DNA of 64,000 nucleotides from Sphyrna mokarran (taxonomy: Eukaryota). This document shows positions 22,080-37,000 of this stretch, piece by piece. Position 1 is the stretch's first letter. Every line of letters starts with the position of its first letter. The stretch lies in NCBI GenBank assembly GCA_024679065.1, contig JAGIQG010000003.1, forward strand, positions 32,426,001 through 32,490,000, in the 5' to 3' direction. The notes below the pieces were generated by a model. The model worked only from the letters and a program-made list of their open reading frames with translations. It did no database searches and was not told where the DNA came from. The translations under genes and the position numbers were made by a program.

Positions 22080-25000
22080 GTAAGTGTGTCTAATATTTCA
22101 CTTCTGAATTAGAAACCAAGTAAACAGGAAGGGAGAATTTTCTAAAGCCTTTTGCCGTTCTCAATTACCTCCATCTCCAGAGTGAGGAAAGAGAGGGATA
22201 TCATAGCTTTAAGAGTGCTCAATACTGAGTAAGAAGTGGAGTTACAATGGGCTGGTGTAGTCAAGAGTTAATATGCATAATCCAGAGTCAGATCAGAGAG
22301 GCACTCATTTTAGAGCTTGCAAAATGAATTGAGCCTGGAAAAGATAGGGGCACCAATAGGAGGGGCTTGATTGTGGCGCAGTGGTTAGCACGACTACCTT
22401 ACAGAGCAGGGACCTGGGTTCGATTCCCGGCTTAGGTCACTTTCTGTGCAGAGTCTGCCCATTCTCCCGTGGCTGCGTGGGTTTTCTCTGGGTACTCCGG
22501 TTTCCTCCCGCAGTCTGAAAGACGCGTGGGTTAGGTGCAGTGGCCTTGTTAAATTCTCCCTCAGTGTACCCGAACGGGTGCCAGAGTGTAGCGACTAGGG
22601 GATTTTCACAGTAACTTCATTGTTGTGTTAATGTAAACCGACTTGTGACACTAATCAATAAACTTTAAAAATTTAAACTTGAGCGTCTATTTTTGTTTCT
22701 ACTTATATTGGTAAAAGAAAAGTCAATAATTAGTTATAGGCCAAATATTTTGATATTAAAAACAAATAATCCTGAAAGTACTTGGCAAGTCTGTTAAACT
22801 AAGATGGGATCATGTATCAGTTTTTTTATTCATTCATGGAATGTGGGCATCGCTGGCTAGGCCAGAATGTATCACCTTTTTCTAATTGCCCTTAAGAAAG
22901 TGGTGGTGAGCCACCTTCTTGAACCGCTGCAGTGCATGTGGTGTAGGTACATATAAGTTAGGAAATAGGTGTAGGTTAGGGAGGGAGATCCAGGATTTTG
23001 ACCCAGTGACAATGAAAGAATGGCAATGCATTTCCAAATCCAGATGGTGAGTGGCATGGAGGGGAACTTCACCAGGTGGTGATATTTCCAGTTCTACTGC
23101 CTTTGTCCTTCTAGATGATAGTGTTCGTGGATTTGGACTGTGCTGCTTAAGGAACCTTGCAGAGTCCCTGCAGTGCAGTTTATAGATAGCATACACTGCT
23201 GGCACTGTTCATTGATGGTGGACGGAGTGACTGTTTGTGGATGGGTACAAATCAAGTGGGGTCCTTTGTTCCAGATGATGTCAATCTTCTTGAGTGCTGT
23301 TAGAACTGCATGCATCCAGACAAGTGAAGAATATTCCATGGCTTGCTCCTTGGACAGACTTTGGGGAGTCGGGGGGTGAATTAATTGCTGCCGAATTCCT
23401 AGTCTCTGATCTGGTCTTCTGTGGTTAGTTCATTTCAGTTTCTGGTCAGTGGTTTCTGCCCAGATGTTGATAATGAGGGATTGAGTGATGGTAATGCCAT
23501 CGAATGTAAGAGAAAATTGTTTGGTTATTTTCTTATTGGAATTGGTCATTGCATGGCACTTGTATTGCCTGATATTAGTTGCCACTTGTCAGCCCAAACC
23601 TGATCTTGCTGCAATTGGACTTGGACTGTTTCAGTATCTGAGAAATTGCTCAGCACCATTCACAATGTGCAATCATCAACAAATATGCCCATTTTTGACC
23701 TTGTGATGGAAGGAAGGTCATTGATTAAGCAGCTGAAGATTGTTGGGCCTAGGACACTCTGATAAGGAAGTCCTGTAGAGATGTCTTGGAACTGACATGA
23801 TTGATCTCCAACCATCACAACCATCCTCTATTGTGCCAGTATGACTCCAACTTGTGGAGATCTCTTCCCCCAATTCCCATTGACTCCAGTTTTGCTAGGG
23901 GTCCGAGAGCAACACTCGGTCAAGTGCTGCAGTGATGGCAAGGGCAATGACTTTCACCTCACCTATGGAGTTCAGAAGAATTGAGGGGTTTTGTGCTATG
24001 TATTTCCAGCACTTTTTTTAAAATTTCAACTAAAGAGTTTTAACTGTTGAAAGTGAATCAAGCCCCATTGCAAACTTGAGAAAATCATCTAGACTGGCCC
24101 CTGAATTCCTATTGAAAGTACAGACAGAGATTGGCCAAGTAGAAAACTGGGAATTTTCCTGAGTGTCACCTTGAATGAATATTCCCTTGATGTCTTCTAT
24201 TTTCTGTGAGAGTCCTAAATAATGCCATGTTGTTTTGGATGAATTAGCCTGAACCTGTGTGCATCTTTCAGATGAAATGCTTAACCAATGTCTTTCTATT
24301 TGAGTGTTAAGATATCACATGGAACTTTTTGAAAAACAAGTAGATCTGGTATCAGATGAATGCTTTTCACTTAAAAAAAAAACAAAAACTGATTTGATTG
24401 TATTCATTTGCTGATTACAAGACATTTTTTTCATTAGAGTACCTACGTTTCTGTGTAACACAACAATGATTGTACTTCAAAAATAATCAATAGATTTTGT
24501 TAGGCATTCTGCATATGCATAACTCCTCTTCTAGTTTGACAATTCGGGCTATATTACTGAATTTCACAAACCTGATTGTGGTCTCAACTTTCCTGCTTGC
24601 CCCATAATTCTTCAGCTCTTGGAGTTCATAATTTCTTTCACTCAGTTTGTTCAATGCCCCAACTTCACTGCTTAGAATTCCAAAGATTAACAACCCTCCA
24701 AGAGAAGAAATTCTTCCTTGATCCTTCTTAATGGGACACCCACTTATTCTGAAATTGTGCCTCCCTAGTTCTAGATTTCCCCTGTAAGTGGAAACATCCT
24801 CTCATCAGCTATCTTGTCAAGCCCTCTTGGAAACATGTCTTAGTAAGATCACCTCTTGCTCTTCTAAATTCCAACAAGTATGGGCCCAAACTGCTCAGCC
24901 TTTCCTCACAACACAGGCACTTCATCCCTGGAATCAGCCTAATAAATCTTCTCTAAACTGGCTCCAATGTAGGTATATGCCTTCTTTATATAAGAGACAA

Positions 25001-28000
25001 AAACTATAGACAGTTCTCTAGGTGTAGTCTTGTCAACACCCTTTATAGTTTTAACAAGACTTCTCTGCTGTCATACGCCACCCCCTTGTAATAATGGCCA
25101 ACATTCCATTTGTCTTCCTAATTATTTGCATGCTAACTTCTTATGAGTCATGTATGAATGCACCTAAATCCCTTTGTGCCACAATATTCTGCAACCTGCC
25201 TTTCCATTTAAATAATAATCTGTTCTTTTTGAGTCTTGGATAACCTCAATATAACCTCATAATCTGAAGTCTATCTACCAGTTAAAGATGTTTGCAAATT
25301 ATTCAAAAATACAAAATACTCTAGTAACAAACCAACATTTTTTTCCTCAAAAACCATCGGTAAGAGTAACTGTGCTTAAAAATTTGAGAGACATTTAACA
25401 ACATGTAAATTACATTAAGAATGATACAGTGCTTGTCCCACAATCTCCCAAAGTGTTGTACAACCAATCATTGCATTACTTTTGAAGTTCAATCATTGCT
25501 GTTATGTAGGCAAACTGCAAACAGTTACTGATTTCTGTTTGCAGCAATCCATTAATCCTGATGTCCAGGTCTGGTGTAAATGGAGTTCAGCATTTGAATT
25601 TTGCCACTCAGGTTTATATCGTTAAGGTTGTGTCTGTTACAGCTTCTGCTGTTATGCGTGCATTTCTTTTTCATGAAGCCAATATTATGAAGGAAAGGAG
25701 AAATTCTGGGTTCTGTTACCATCATGCATATACTAAATGACAATTGTGTCCTATGAGCCTTGTGTCCTGTGGCAAGAAAATGATTTAGTCAAAAATATTA
25801 CATTGTTTTTTTGCCAGGATATCCTGTAACACACCCATGTTTAAGCTCTGCACAGCCTGATTTGTTTTATGATTTCACATTTCGTATCATTTGGTACATG
25901 TATATTGGCAATCAGTCTATGGCAATTATTGAATCAATTTGCCGTTAATTCTAATTTTATTTAGATATAAAGTGAAATGTTAACCAGAGGGCTGACCAGG
26001 GTGGCTGACTCTCCGTTTAATGATTATGAATATATCAGAAAGAATTTTTAGAGAGCATTCTGGTTATAATCTGAGTAACCACGACAGCTACTTAAACTCA
26101 TCTTCAAAACCTTTTGCAGGAATTGCCAAGTTATTTCTCTGTGTGATATATTTTTTAAAAAGTCTGTTTTAAAGGGTTACAGACTTCTTCCTTTTTGTGA
26201 TTAATCTGCTTCTGATATTATTTCTGAATCAAAGGCCTGATTCTAGCCCAGAAGTGAGTTCATGCACAAAGACAGTAGTCAAGTCAGGAATCCCAAAAGG
26301 ATGGGTTTCCCAAATGAGCTGTAATATTTAACTGGAGCTCTGCTCTTTTCTCCAGGGTGTCTACCACCTCCTGACCAGCTGTAGCTCTTTTGGACAGGAA
26401 ACCTGCTTCAAAGATTCAAAAGCAGTGGGGGAGGGGAGGTGGTGTGCATAATGGCATTGGACGGCGTGAGGAAGGGACGGTCCAGTAATGGTCAAGACTG
26501 GGCAAAGCTGACAGATTGCAGAAATAATGTCTACTGGTTACTTTGTTGGAACTGGAGGAAAAAAACTCCCAATCTTCCTGACCCACAAGTAGTGACTTAA
26601 AAACATTAAACTCACACGTACACCCATTTTTGTTCAGCTTGGGAAGTTTGCTGCAATGAAGCTGTTTGTTCTCATTCTAACATTGAAATGATCAGCCCGC
26701 TTCTTGCCAACAGATTAGTCAGCCACTCCTTGTTCCACTTCAGTTCAAATGGAGGTGTGCAGATTTGGTGCAAGTTGGATCTAGATCCAGATTTCTTTGC
26801 ATTTTAACCCTGATATGACCACAATCAACTTGCGGCACAGTGGTTAGTGCTGCTGCCTCACAATACCAGGGACCCGGGTTCAATTCCCGGCTTGGGTCAC
26901 TCGCTGTGTGGAGTTTGCACATTCTGTCCGTGTCTGCATGGGTTTCTACTGGTGCTCTAGTTTCCTCCCACAGTCCAAAGATATGCAGGTTAGGTGAATT
27001 GACCATGCTAAATTCTCCCTCAGTGTATCTGAATAGATGCTGGAATGTGATGACTAGGGGAATTTCACAGTAATTTCATTGCAGTGTTAATACAAACCTA
27101 CTTGTGACTAATAAATAAGCTTTTAACTTTTGCATTTTGGGAGTCAAAATTCAGCCCTCAATCTCAGAAAGATCAGTGTTGTTGTATTCAACATTCCCTT
27201 TGTTCACTTTTGTTTTCAGACTCTTTTATTTCCGTTGCAAACGGAGAACTTGGAGAGAAGAATCTTTGCCTTGTAACATCTATGCTTTTCTGGGGAATAT
27301 ATGCAACATGTTTGGGGCACTTCTGGCAAAACAACTGAGCATTCAGGTTAGTGATTATGGTTCAATGAATCTCATTATACTATAGTTGGTTTCTTATTAC
27401 CAGGAACCAAGAGTCAGAATTTCTCATTGGCCCTCATGCCAGCTTTTAATTTGCTAGTTTCTCAAAAGGCTTTGTTTCCTTGTTCCCTAATTTCCAAAGA
27501 ATCAGCATAAGTATTGTTTGATTTTCCCTTTTTTATTTTCATCTTTTTACTTTTGGAAATCTAACTATTTATGGATCCTCATCAATTCATCCATCATTTC
27601 CTCCTCTGGTTCTGTTAACTGTTGAATTTTCCTGAGCCATCTTGTTATCTAAAAGTTACTCATTTCATCTTTTGAACGTTCCAGCCCTGTTACATTCTGT
27701 TACTTTTTTTTGGATACTTAAGTACAGAAATGATTTGTTCAAATGCCTTATACTTGCATTATTCATCTTCAGTAAACATTGCTTAACATTGAATGCTTTT
27801 TATTTGATCAGTGAGAAATCATTCATTAATACATTGTTTGTTTTGGATTTAAGCTAAATATAATTTAATATGTTAATACACAATACATCTGTAACAATCA
27901 TAATAACTTCCTTATGTATGTAAAATGTACAAATTTGGACTTTTTGTATCAATTCAAACTTGTGTTTTCAGTGAGTAGAGAGCCTCCATAAGCTTATCTG

Positions 28001-31000
28001 TGTCTACCAAAAACAAAAATCTGCCTGTTATGTATGGACATGAATAGGCTCATATGCCACGGGCATAATTATACTTTTGTAAAGCTATTGCATGACATAT
28101 CATTTGTGCTGTCTACCATGTTCTCTTGTCTACTTGGGTAGCTGGCAATATTATTATGAAGCACTGTATTTTTTACCTGTATTTTTTTTATTATAAAACA
28201 TTGCAAAAATACCCTGTATTTTTTTTTAATTATAAAACATGGCAACCCTCCCGTCTGCATTTTGGGTGTGCACAAATAAACTAACACTTTGAGTTCGGCC
28301 TATCTTGAATTTGCTGTGGGATTATTAATAAAAAATTGGATCACTGCAAAACTGGGGAGTTGGGAAAACAAATCACAATCAATCTTTCTGTTTATGGACA
28401 GGTGATCAGGAGAGAAATTAGTGAAATTTAAATGATCCCCTCTCTCTATATCTGTAACATAACTGTCAGAATATTGAACCTGTGTTAAAACCTATCATTT
28501 ATTTACACATGATAATTGGACACAATACAGATAGAAAGCAGTATAATATTTGACTTGCATGGGACAAAATCTTGGTGGTGGGTGGGGGGGTACAAGATAT
28601 TAATAACATTTTCCAATATCTTTCAAATAAAATGTCTATTGGAAGTAATTTATGTAATGCAGAAATTTCCTGTTGGAGCTGCTTCCTTCACGAACATATC
28701 TTGGAGTGTCTGGTGTGAAACAGTGTTGATACCGAGTTGTGAGTGAGGAGGAACAAAAGCACAATTGTTGAGAAGTGCTTTTGCAAGGCTGCTGAGGGAT
28801 TTGGAGAAGACAGCAGTGCAGTGGCTGTAGGACCAAAATTATTGATGGAACAGCATAATGATGACGTGCTGCCAGAGCACTGGAAGCAATTGCTGAATTA
28901 GGATAAAATAGAGAAAGAATAGATTTAAAATTGAGGATGTTAACATGTATTTTCTTAGGTGTGCAGAACCAATGGAGCTGACGGTGATGAGTGTAATTTT
29001 TGTAAGTTGGGATGTTGGTCCCTACATCTTGAATGAGCTCTTTGTGGAGGAAGGGTGTTGAAATAGTAGATTCCCATAATGATGTGGATGTGTATTAAAC
29101 TGTGGCCTTGGATAGGTCAAGGTGATGAAAGAGCGTGGCTTTGGTTACTAATTAAATCTGGATAGGAGTTGTTGCCTGTTGCTGTGATGTACACCACTGG
29201 ACATAGAAAAATGGTCACAAGACCTTAATTGCTGGTAAAAGCTGTTTTAAAAAAAAATGACCATTGTGTTGATGGTATTAAAATGGGAGAATTTAAAACA
29301 TTTTGATTTTCTGTATTGGGAGTTAATTCCCGATAGAGTCAGGTACTAAAAAGGCTTTTTTTGTTCCCTGATTCAAATCAAAATATTTTTTCCATAAAGA
29401 AAACATCATGGATCCAAACAGTTTTAATATTTTTAGCTGTTGTGAGTTACAGACTTTGACAGACAGTACAGTTTTAATATTAACCCAGTGGCACAATAAC
29501 ATTGTTAGACTATTCAGAATGACATTTTTCAGGTTTACAATGTTAAGTTTGGCATGAGGACCTATTGCACTGTTTTCAGTGTTCCTAGAATCCCTATAAT
29601 GCAGATGGAAGCCATTCAGCCCAACAAGTCTGCACTGACTCAGCATCCCACCAGTTTCACCCTCTGTCCTATCCCTCACGGGCTCGTTGGGCCGAAGGGC
29701 CTGTTCCCCATGTTGTTTTGTTCTTCTTTGTTCTTTGTATAACCCCATATATTTACCCTGCTAATGCCCCTAAACCTGAGACATCTTGGACAATAAGGAG
29801 CAATTTACCATGACCAGTCCACGCATTCTCATCATGTAATTCTGATTGATGCCATAACTATGAATGTCGGGAATCTTTGTGTGTACCATTTCCACTCTGG
29901 TGGCAAAAATGTCTTTACAAGGTTAGCCAAATTAATTTAGAAAGATTTTACAATTATGCAAGCTTTCAAAATGGCATTGGTCACTTCACATGGTTTCATC
30001 ACTTATAAAGCTTTAGGCATTTCTTTTTTTGGATAGAAATTGACAGTGAGGAATACACAAGGAAAGGAAACTTTGACATTTGATATCTTTGTCCATTTCC
30101 AGGTTTTCACAGCAGCTTACATGGCAGCAGTGGATATTCTCCAGTTTGTATTCATCCTATTTCCTGTTTGTGGTTCAAGATCCAGATCAAAAACAGGTAG
30201 AAAAAAAATCCAGAAAAACATTATGATTTCATTGCCTGCATTGCTGAACACTTTTATCTAATTGTTTATTGTTCTGCTATGATAGAAATTTAAATCCATT
30301 TATCAATAGATTGGTGATTATAGCATTTTCTCCTGGTTATCTGTACATTATAGAACACAAAAATGATCACAGCCCATTCCCACTGTCTCTCACAGATAAT
30401 TGCAATGTTTGGGTCTCATTTTCCTGCCTCTTCCCTAAATTTTGCATAATTTCAAATAGCTCACTTTGAACTCCTCATAACCTTGTGTACTATAATGAAA
30501 TAGCCTTATTTTCTCTTATCTTTCCTGTCATCTCAATTAATTTCTTCTACATCCTCCCCATGGCCTCTGAATCCTTCTTAAACTAAATATTGTAGTTCCT
30601 GCATACCCAGTGTTTAGGTTATTATCATCTATCTTCTGCTTCGTGGTCCAATTGGTAAAATCTCAACTCCTTTATTTACTTTTCACAACTTGTCTGCCAA
30701 CCTTTAAAGATTTATATTCAATGTCTCTCCTACTATTTAAAGTTTTTATCATCTTAAATGTAACTATTATTTCACCAAAATATAAACCTCATATTTCAAC
30801 ATATTAATTTGGCATCTACCCATCCATCTCCTCTTGAAGTCACATATAGTAAAATTATGTTGCTCATTCTTATTCTGTTTGTAATTTTGAATGTGCCTCA
30901 AATGTTGAAGTTGAGATCTGAACATAGGAAAACATACTAAGGTTCTTTGTAGAAGTCTGGTAGGACCAAAATGGATACCAAACCAAAGACAATGACAGGC

Positions 31001-34000
31001 ATTAGGATGGGTAACTAAAACTTTGTAAGAGACACAGTTCTAAGCAAGTTCTGATAGGGAGAGGTGAAATGGCAGAGAGGCTTAGGAAGGAAAATCTACA
31101 GCTTTAGGCCCAGACAGCTGTCAGAGGTGAGGTGGAGGTAGTAGGGAATGCTAAGAACCCATTATTGGAATGACCTGGAGTTCTCAGGGATGTAGGGACT
31201 GAAGAAGTTATATAGGTTAGGAGAGAGGCCAGAAGGTGTTTGGAATAATTGATTCAGGAGTGGGAAAGCATGGTTGAGACTTCCACAAGCAGATGTGTTG
31301 AACTTGAGACAGGTAATGACCTGAGGTGGAAAATAGATGGATTTTTTAAATCACAAAGTTACCTACAGTGCCACAGAGGCCATTTGGCCCACCAGGTCTG
31401 CACTGACTCTTTGACTGAGCATCTTACCCAAGCCCTTTCCTCTGCCATTTCCATGTAAACACACACATTTTACTATGACTAATCCATTTACCTTACACAT
31501 CTTGAGGCATTAAGGGGCAATTCAGCATGGCCAACCCACCTAAGTTGCACATCTTTGGTCTGTGGGAGAAACCCGGAGTGCCCAGTGGAAGCCCACTCAG
31601 ACACGGGGAGAATATGCCAACTCCATGCAGACAGTCACTCAAGGCCAGAATTGAACCTAGGACCCTGGCATCATGAGGTTAATGCCAGAATTAAGAAGTT
31701 GCAACCTGTAGGGAAGACTGAACTGGCTGCAGCTATTTAGCAAAGTGAAAACTGGGACATGACTTGATAATAGTCTTTAAATTTGTAAGGAATTTAATAT
31801 TAAGAAGGTAAAGAGAAATGTTTGCACTAGTGAGGGAGTCAAATTCTAGACGTGATGAATATGATTTTCATTAATATGTCCAAAACATAACTCAGAAGAA
31901 GTGGTAGGAATGTGGAAATTGCCAACACATGTAATGGATAAGGTGAATATTATGCAAAATTTCATTGCAGTGTTTTGTACACTTCTTAAAAACTCATCGA
32001 GTAAACTTCTAAATGTTGGATTGTTTGAATCTAAAGTGAAGGATTTGTCAGTTATAGTTTTGTTGTTGCCACTCCACTGATGATTTTCAAACCGTGCATA
32101 CACCGTTGTTCTGGCATTTTGATGTTAATGGCTAGGCTTCATTTTGCTTATGGGCTGAAGCTTCCATACAGACTTTAGAATGCAGCATTTATTACATTTC
32201 CATAGCCATGCTCTTACAATTGTAAATGAGTACTTTTACTTGTAATTGTCAGAAAATTGTTAACAACCTTTTATTCTATCCACAGTGTATAGTTGTGGGG
32301 TAGACTTAATATTAGAATGCTTTGTGCAATTAGAAAAGATGAAATTTAGGATTATATTTGAAAATTATAATAGCTTTGTAGGAAATGCTGAATCCTGAAA
32401 AATTAAACCTGAACACCGTTTTTCTGATTTTTTTAATTGGACACCGAGAGTCATATTTTGAGTCACTTAGGGGTGACCATCCTTTTTGTAAACTTATTCT
32501 CCACCTTTGATGAGCAAGGAGACAAACACGTTGGGGAATATTTGTACGCTATAAAATCTTTTAATATTACAATTAAATTCGTTTGATATGTAATTAGGGG
32601 ATGCTATGGCCTAATGATATTATCACTAGATCATTAATCCAGAAACTTAGCTAATGTTTTGGGGAACAAGGTTTGAATCCCACCATGGAGGATGATGGAA
32701 TTTGAATTCAATAAAAAAAACTTCTGGAATTAAGAATCTACTGATGATCATGAAACCATTGTCGATTGTTGGAAAAACTCATCTGATTCACTAATGTCCT
32801 TTGGGAAAGGAAATCTGCCTTCCTTACCAGGTCTGGCCTACATGTGACACCAGAGTCACAGCAGTGTGGTTGACCCTCAACTGCCTTTGGGCCACAAAGC
32901 ATGTGCAATAAATGCTGGCCAGCTAGTGAGGCCCATTAACCAAACATGAATAAAAAGAATTGCATGATACACAAACCATACACATGAACATACAAAACTG
33001 ATGCGTAGGGAAATCTAGCTAGTCTATCAAACTTGTCCCTGTACTGTTTTATGTTGCAAATTAAGCATCATAAGCCCCACTGTTTTAAAGAAAAATTCAG
33101 GCCAATTCAGAAACAACCAAATTTTGGGAAATTAATTTCCAGTCCATGAAGGCAATCAGAATGAGCTCCTAACAAAGCAGTAAGCAGGAGGCACATCACC
33201 CAACATCATGCCTCTTTTTCTCATATTTTATACTGAGGGATACAATTGTATAAGGACACCTGCAAATTTGTCATACTGTTTGTATCATATAATCAGATCA
33301 GCTAAGACAAAGAAATAAAAGAAGAAGTGCCAGGTTCATGGTTTGCCTACCTTTCGCACTGGGCACAAGTTACTATTTCTGGGCTTCTCCTGCTGTCCAA
33401 GTGGATATTCATGGACCAAGAAGGAAACTGCTTACCACCTTACTTCAGGTAAGATGGTACTGAGGTGGCCCACCAGCTACTCATTAACTCAAACATAAAT
33501 CAATCAGGACAATTTACAAGTTCAGAGAAATGTTTGAATTAGTTCCTGTGTTTTTGGCCTTGCAAGTGGGACAAAACGAGGGGCTCATAATTGTATGATA
33601 GTTACTATTAAATTCAATGGGGAATGCAGGAGAAAATTCTTTACTCAATGAATTAAATATGAGAAGTGATTGCATTTAAGGGGAGGCTAGGTGAAAAATA
33701 TGGGAGAAAGTACTAAGGGGTACATTGATCTGTCTAAAGAAAATCGAGAATGGAATATACACCTTAGCAAGAACCAACTGTGTTATAAAAGCTTTGTAAT
33801 CATTCGTAGAGTTTTCTGAGAGCTCATTTTAATCAAATGCAAAAAGAGTAGAGATAACAAATTAGGACATTTATATTGACATGATAACTAAACTGAAACA
33901 CTGCTTATGTGGGGACTGAAAATTCACAACAGGTGTGAATTGATACATGTTATATAAACTGGACAATGGACAACGTTGTGCTGACTTTTAGGTTGTAAGA

Positions 34001-37000
34001 ATAAACAACATTTGTATTTAATAATGGTTAAGATATGTTAGCAGTTCATCAAATGAGTGTACATATTGTCATATATTGTATGCAGTATAACCAGCTTCTT
34101 CATATGTGTATTTGTATGTGTGTGTGATGGAGCAACTTGTCAGTAAGGATAGGCATAGCGACTCCAAAAGATTCATTGGATGTTCTCTTGCAACAGTCCG
34201 CTTAACAAAGTTAGGCTGCAGTTAGAATATTGCACCCAGTTGTGGTCTTGATCGTAACACCATAGAGAGGATAAAGATCTTTTAAGATAATACCAGATGT
34301 AAGAAGATAGATGAGTAAAGTTTGAGTTTTAATTGTTCAGAACTATAGAGATTTTGATCAAGTAAATCAGAAAATTCAGTTTCCCTGAGTATCACTAGAG
34401 GGCATATATTTAAAATAATCACTAAGAGTAAAGGCAAAGAGCAGAGGGTTTTTAGGACGTGGATACCTTTATCAGAAACAATGGTGAAAAGAATTTCCTC
34501 AAATAGTTTTTTTCGGAAGGCAAGTGGATAATTTCTTTTAAAATAAAATATTTTTTAAAGACCTGAGAAAAGAGTGCAGGACTGAATGGACTTTTAGAGA
34601 TAGAGCGAGCATAATTGCTTTGCAAGTTCCAGAGATTTCAGAGCAAATTTAATTTTTTGCTGCTTGATTCAATATAATTACAGTTATACTTACTACATAG
34701 AATCCCTACAGTGCAGAAGGAGGCCATTTGGCCCATCGAGCCTAAACTGACAACAATCCTACCCCAGGGCCTATCCCACAAATTTACTCCGCTAATCCCT
34801 CTAACCTACACATTGCCTGACACTAAGGGATAATTTAGCATGGCCAATCATCTTTGCATTTTTTGGACTACAGGTCACACTTGTACTGACTACAGGCATT
34901 CTTAAACACTGGAGAGATGTAGGCAGTGTTTCATCTGAGTGGAGAGAATTGCTTGTGCTAAAGCTAGATGTTCATGTCCGTAATTTGAATACAAAAAGAA
35001 CTCTAGCTATAATCTCTGGATTAGTTCAAAAGTTTACATGAAAGACCAGTGGCAAATGTTCACATACTCCTTCTGTCTATGATATTTACTTTATAGTTGA
35101 TGTAATCACCTGGACTTTGGCTCCTTATGTTTAGGAGTTTTATGACGATATGTTTGTCAATGTTCACTCTGGCTGTACTTTTGATTTAGAGAAAGTTCCT
35201 TCCCTATCAACTGTAGAAAAGGCGACATTTCTTCTGAGATGATTATAATTATTTCTAGATCATTGCAATGTTAATATTCTTGTGATTTCTGTAGTCCTAC
35301 AAGGTTTATGGTGAATTCACAGACAAGCCAGCTTTTCTTTGTCATGTTCACAGCACTTACTCTGAACCTGATATCAGATTGTTATGAGAAGGAAGTTATT
35401 TCTTGTTTATTATCAGATATGCCTTCACCATAACTATCTCTGACATGGCTGCGTTTCTTTTTGTTGTTTTCTGGAGGGTGTTTCTCTATATTTTTAAAGT
35501 TTGCCTGCAACTCGTGTGAAGACATTTCACTTGAGTTTTGGCTATGGCATGATCTTCATCTGTGAATCTAACTCCTGTTTATTGCTTGATTCAGTTTTAA
35601 AATTGTTGTTTTTATAGGACAACACAGAAATCATTGGCTATGCGTTGGGGGTGATTGCAGTTTTCATTGGCTGGACATCAAAGTTTTCACTGATTTTGAA
35701 GGCAGTAAGTCTGAACCATCCATCTGAGTGTAAGAATACTAAGGAAACTTCTAATTTTTGATGAATACTAGGATTTCTGCATAAAGTTTTGGTTACGAAG
35801 CAATACCTTTACTATCACTAATGTGCTGGAGGTGACGGCTGTGATGATTTATGTTTCGTTTTGTATCTTTTTATATAATTCAGGTAGAAAGGGTAAAGGG
35901 TGATTTACCAATTTGTTCAGCCAACTGCTGTGGGAATAAGATTTCCCTGTCAATGTTGGAGGCAAGGTCAATATTTAAAGTTGCTAAAAAGCAAATCAAT
36001 GGAGATGCTGGAATCTGAAAACAAAAACAGAAAATGCTGGAAAATTTCAGCAAGTCTGACAGCATCTGTGGAGAGAGAATAGAAGCAATGTTTTAAGTCT
36101 GGATTACTCTCTATCAGAGTCAGCCAGACTCGAAATGTTAGCTGTGTTCTCTCTCCACCATATTTAAAATTGTCTTGATTCATCCAGTTTCAATGAGAGT
36201 GGCTTGCCTGCTTTGTATTCAGCAGCCAAGTGGGTCAATGTTGGTTGATGGATAGTCAATCTGTCTGACTTGAGAAGTTCATTATGGATGGATTGGCCAC
36301 CCCTTCATATATCCTGCCTGAGTTTCACTCTATTGAGCACCAACAATTTGTATTGATATAGTGCCATTAATGGCACATTCCAAGGTATTTCATGGGAATG
36401 TTTATAAAACAAAACTTGACACAGACATGTAAGGAGATGTTAAAGCATACAACCAAAGGCTTGATCAAAGTAATAGATTTCAAGGAGTGTTTTAACTGAA
36501 GAAAGTTTAGAGAGGGAGTTCAGGAGTCTGTGGTCCTAGCATCTGAAGGCATGCTTGCCAATTGTGGAGCTGTTAAAATTGGGAACACCAAAAGAGGCCA
36601 GACTTAAAGGGCCACAGTAGAGGTATAGACACTACTGTGGATTGTGGGACTGGAGGAGATTGCTTAGGTATGGAAAAATAAGGCCAGGGAGGGATTTGAA
36701 AACCAAGATGAGAATTTTAAAATTGGGATATTGCTGAGAGTCAGTGTAGATTAGCAAACACATGGATGATGGGTGAATGGATATTGGTGTAAGTAAGGGC
36801 ACAGGAAGCAGAAATTTGGACGACCTCTTGTTTTTGGAGTTTGGCAGAAGTGTTTTGAAATAATCATGTTTAAAGATGGCAAAGGTAACAAGATCTTTTA
36901 TCCAGAGTTGAAATGTACGCATCCTAGCATTAGACATTTAAGGTGATAGGAGGAAATTTCAAAGGCAATGTGAGGGGCAAGTTTTTTTACACAGAGGGGT

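Noticed and set aside
22371-22435. tRNA gene (A and B boxes present)
   Set aside because: Runs directly into the SINE core and tail; it is a SINE head, not a tRNA
26233-27158. Possible MITE with weak terminal inverted repeats (ggcctgattct / aaaattcagccc) interrupted by a SINE
   Set aside because: Terminal match too degenerate to support without a repeat library
28162-28250. Short tandem duplication ending in ATGGCAACCCT (hAT-type terminal-repeat-like)
   Set aside because: No matching opposite end found; too short to call
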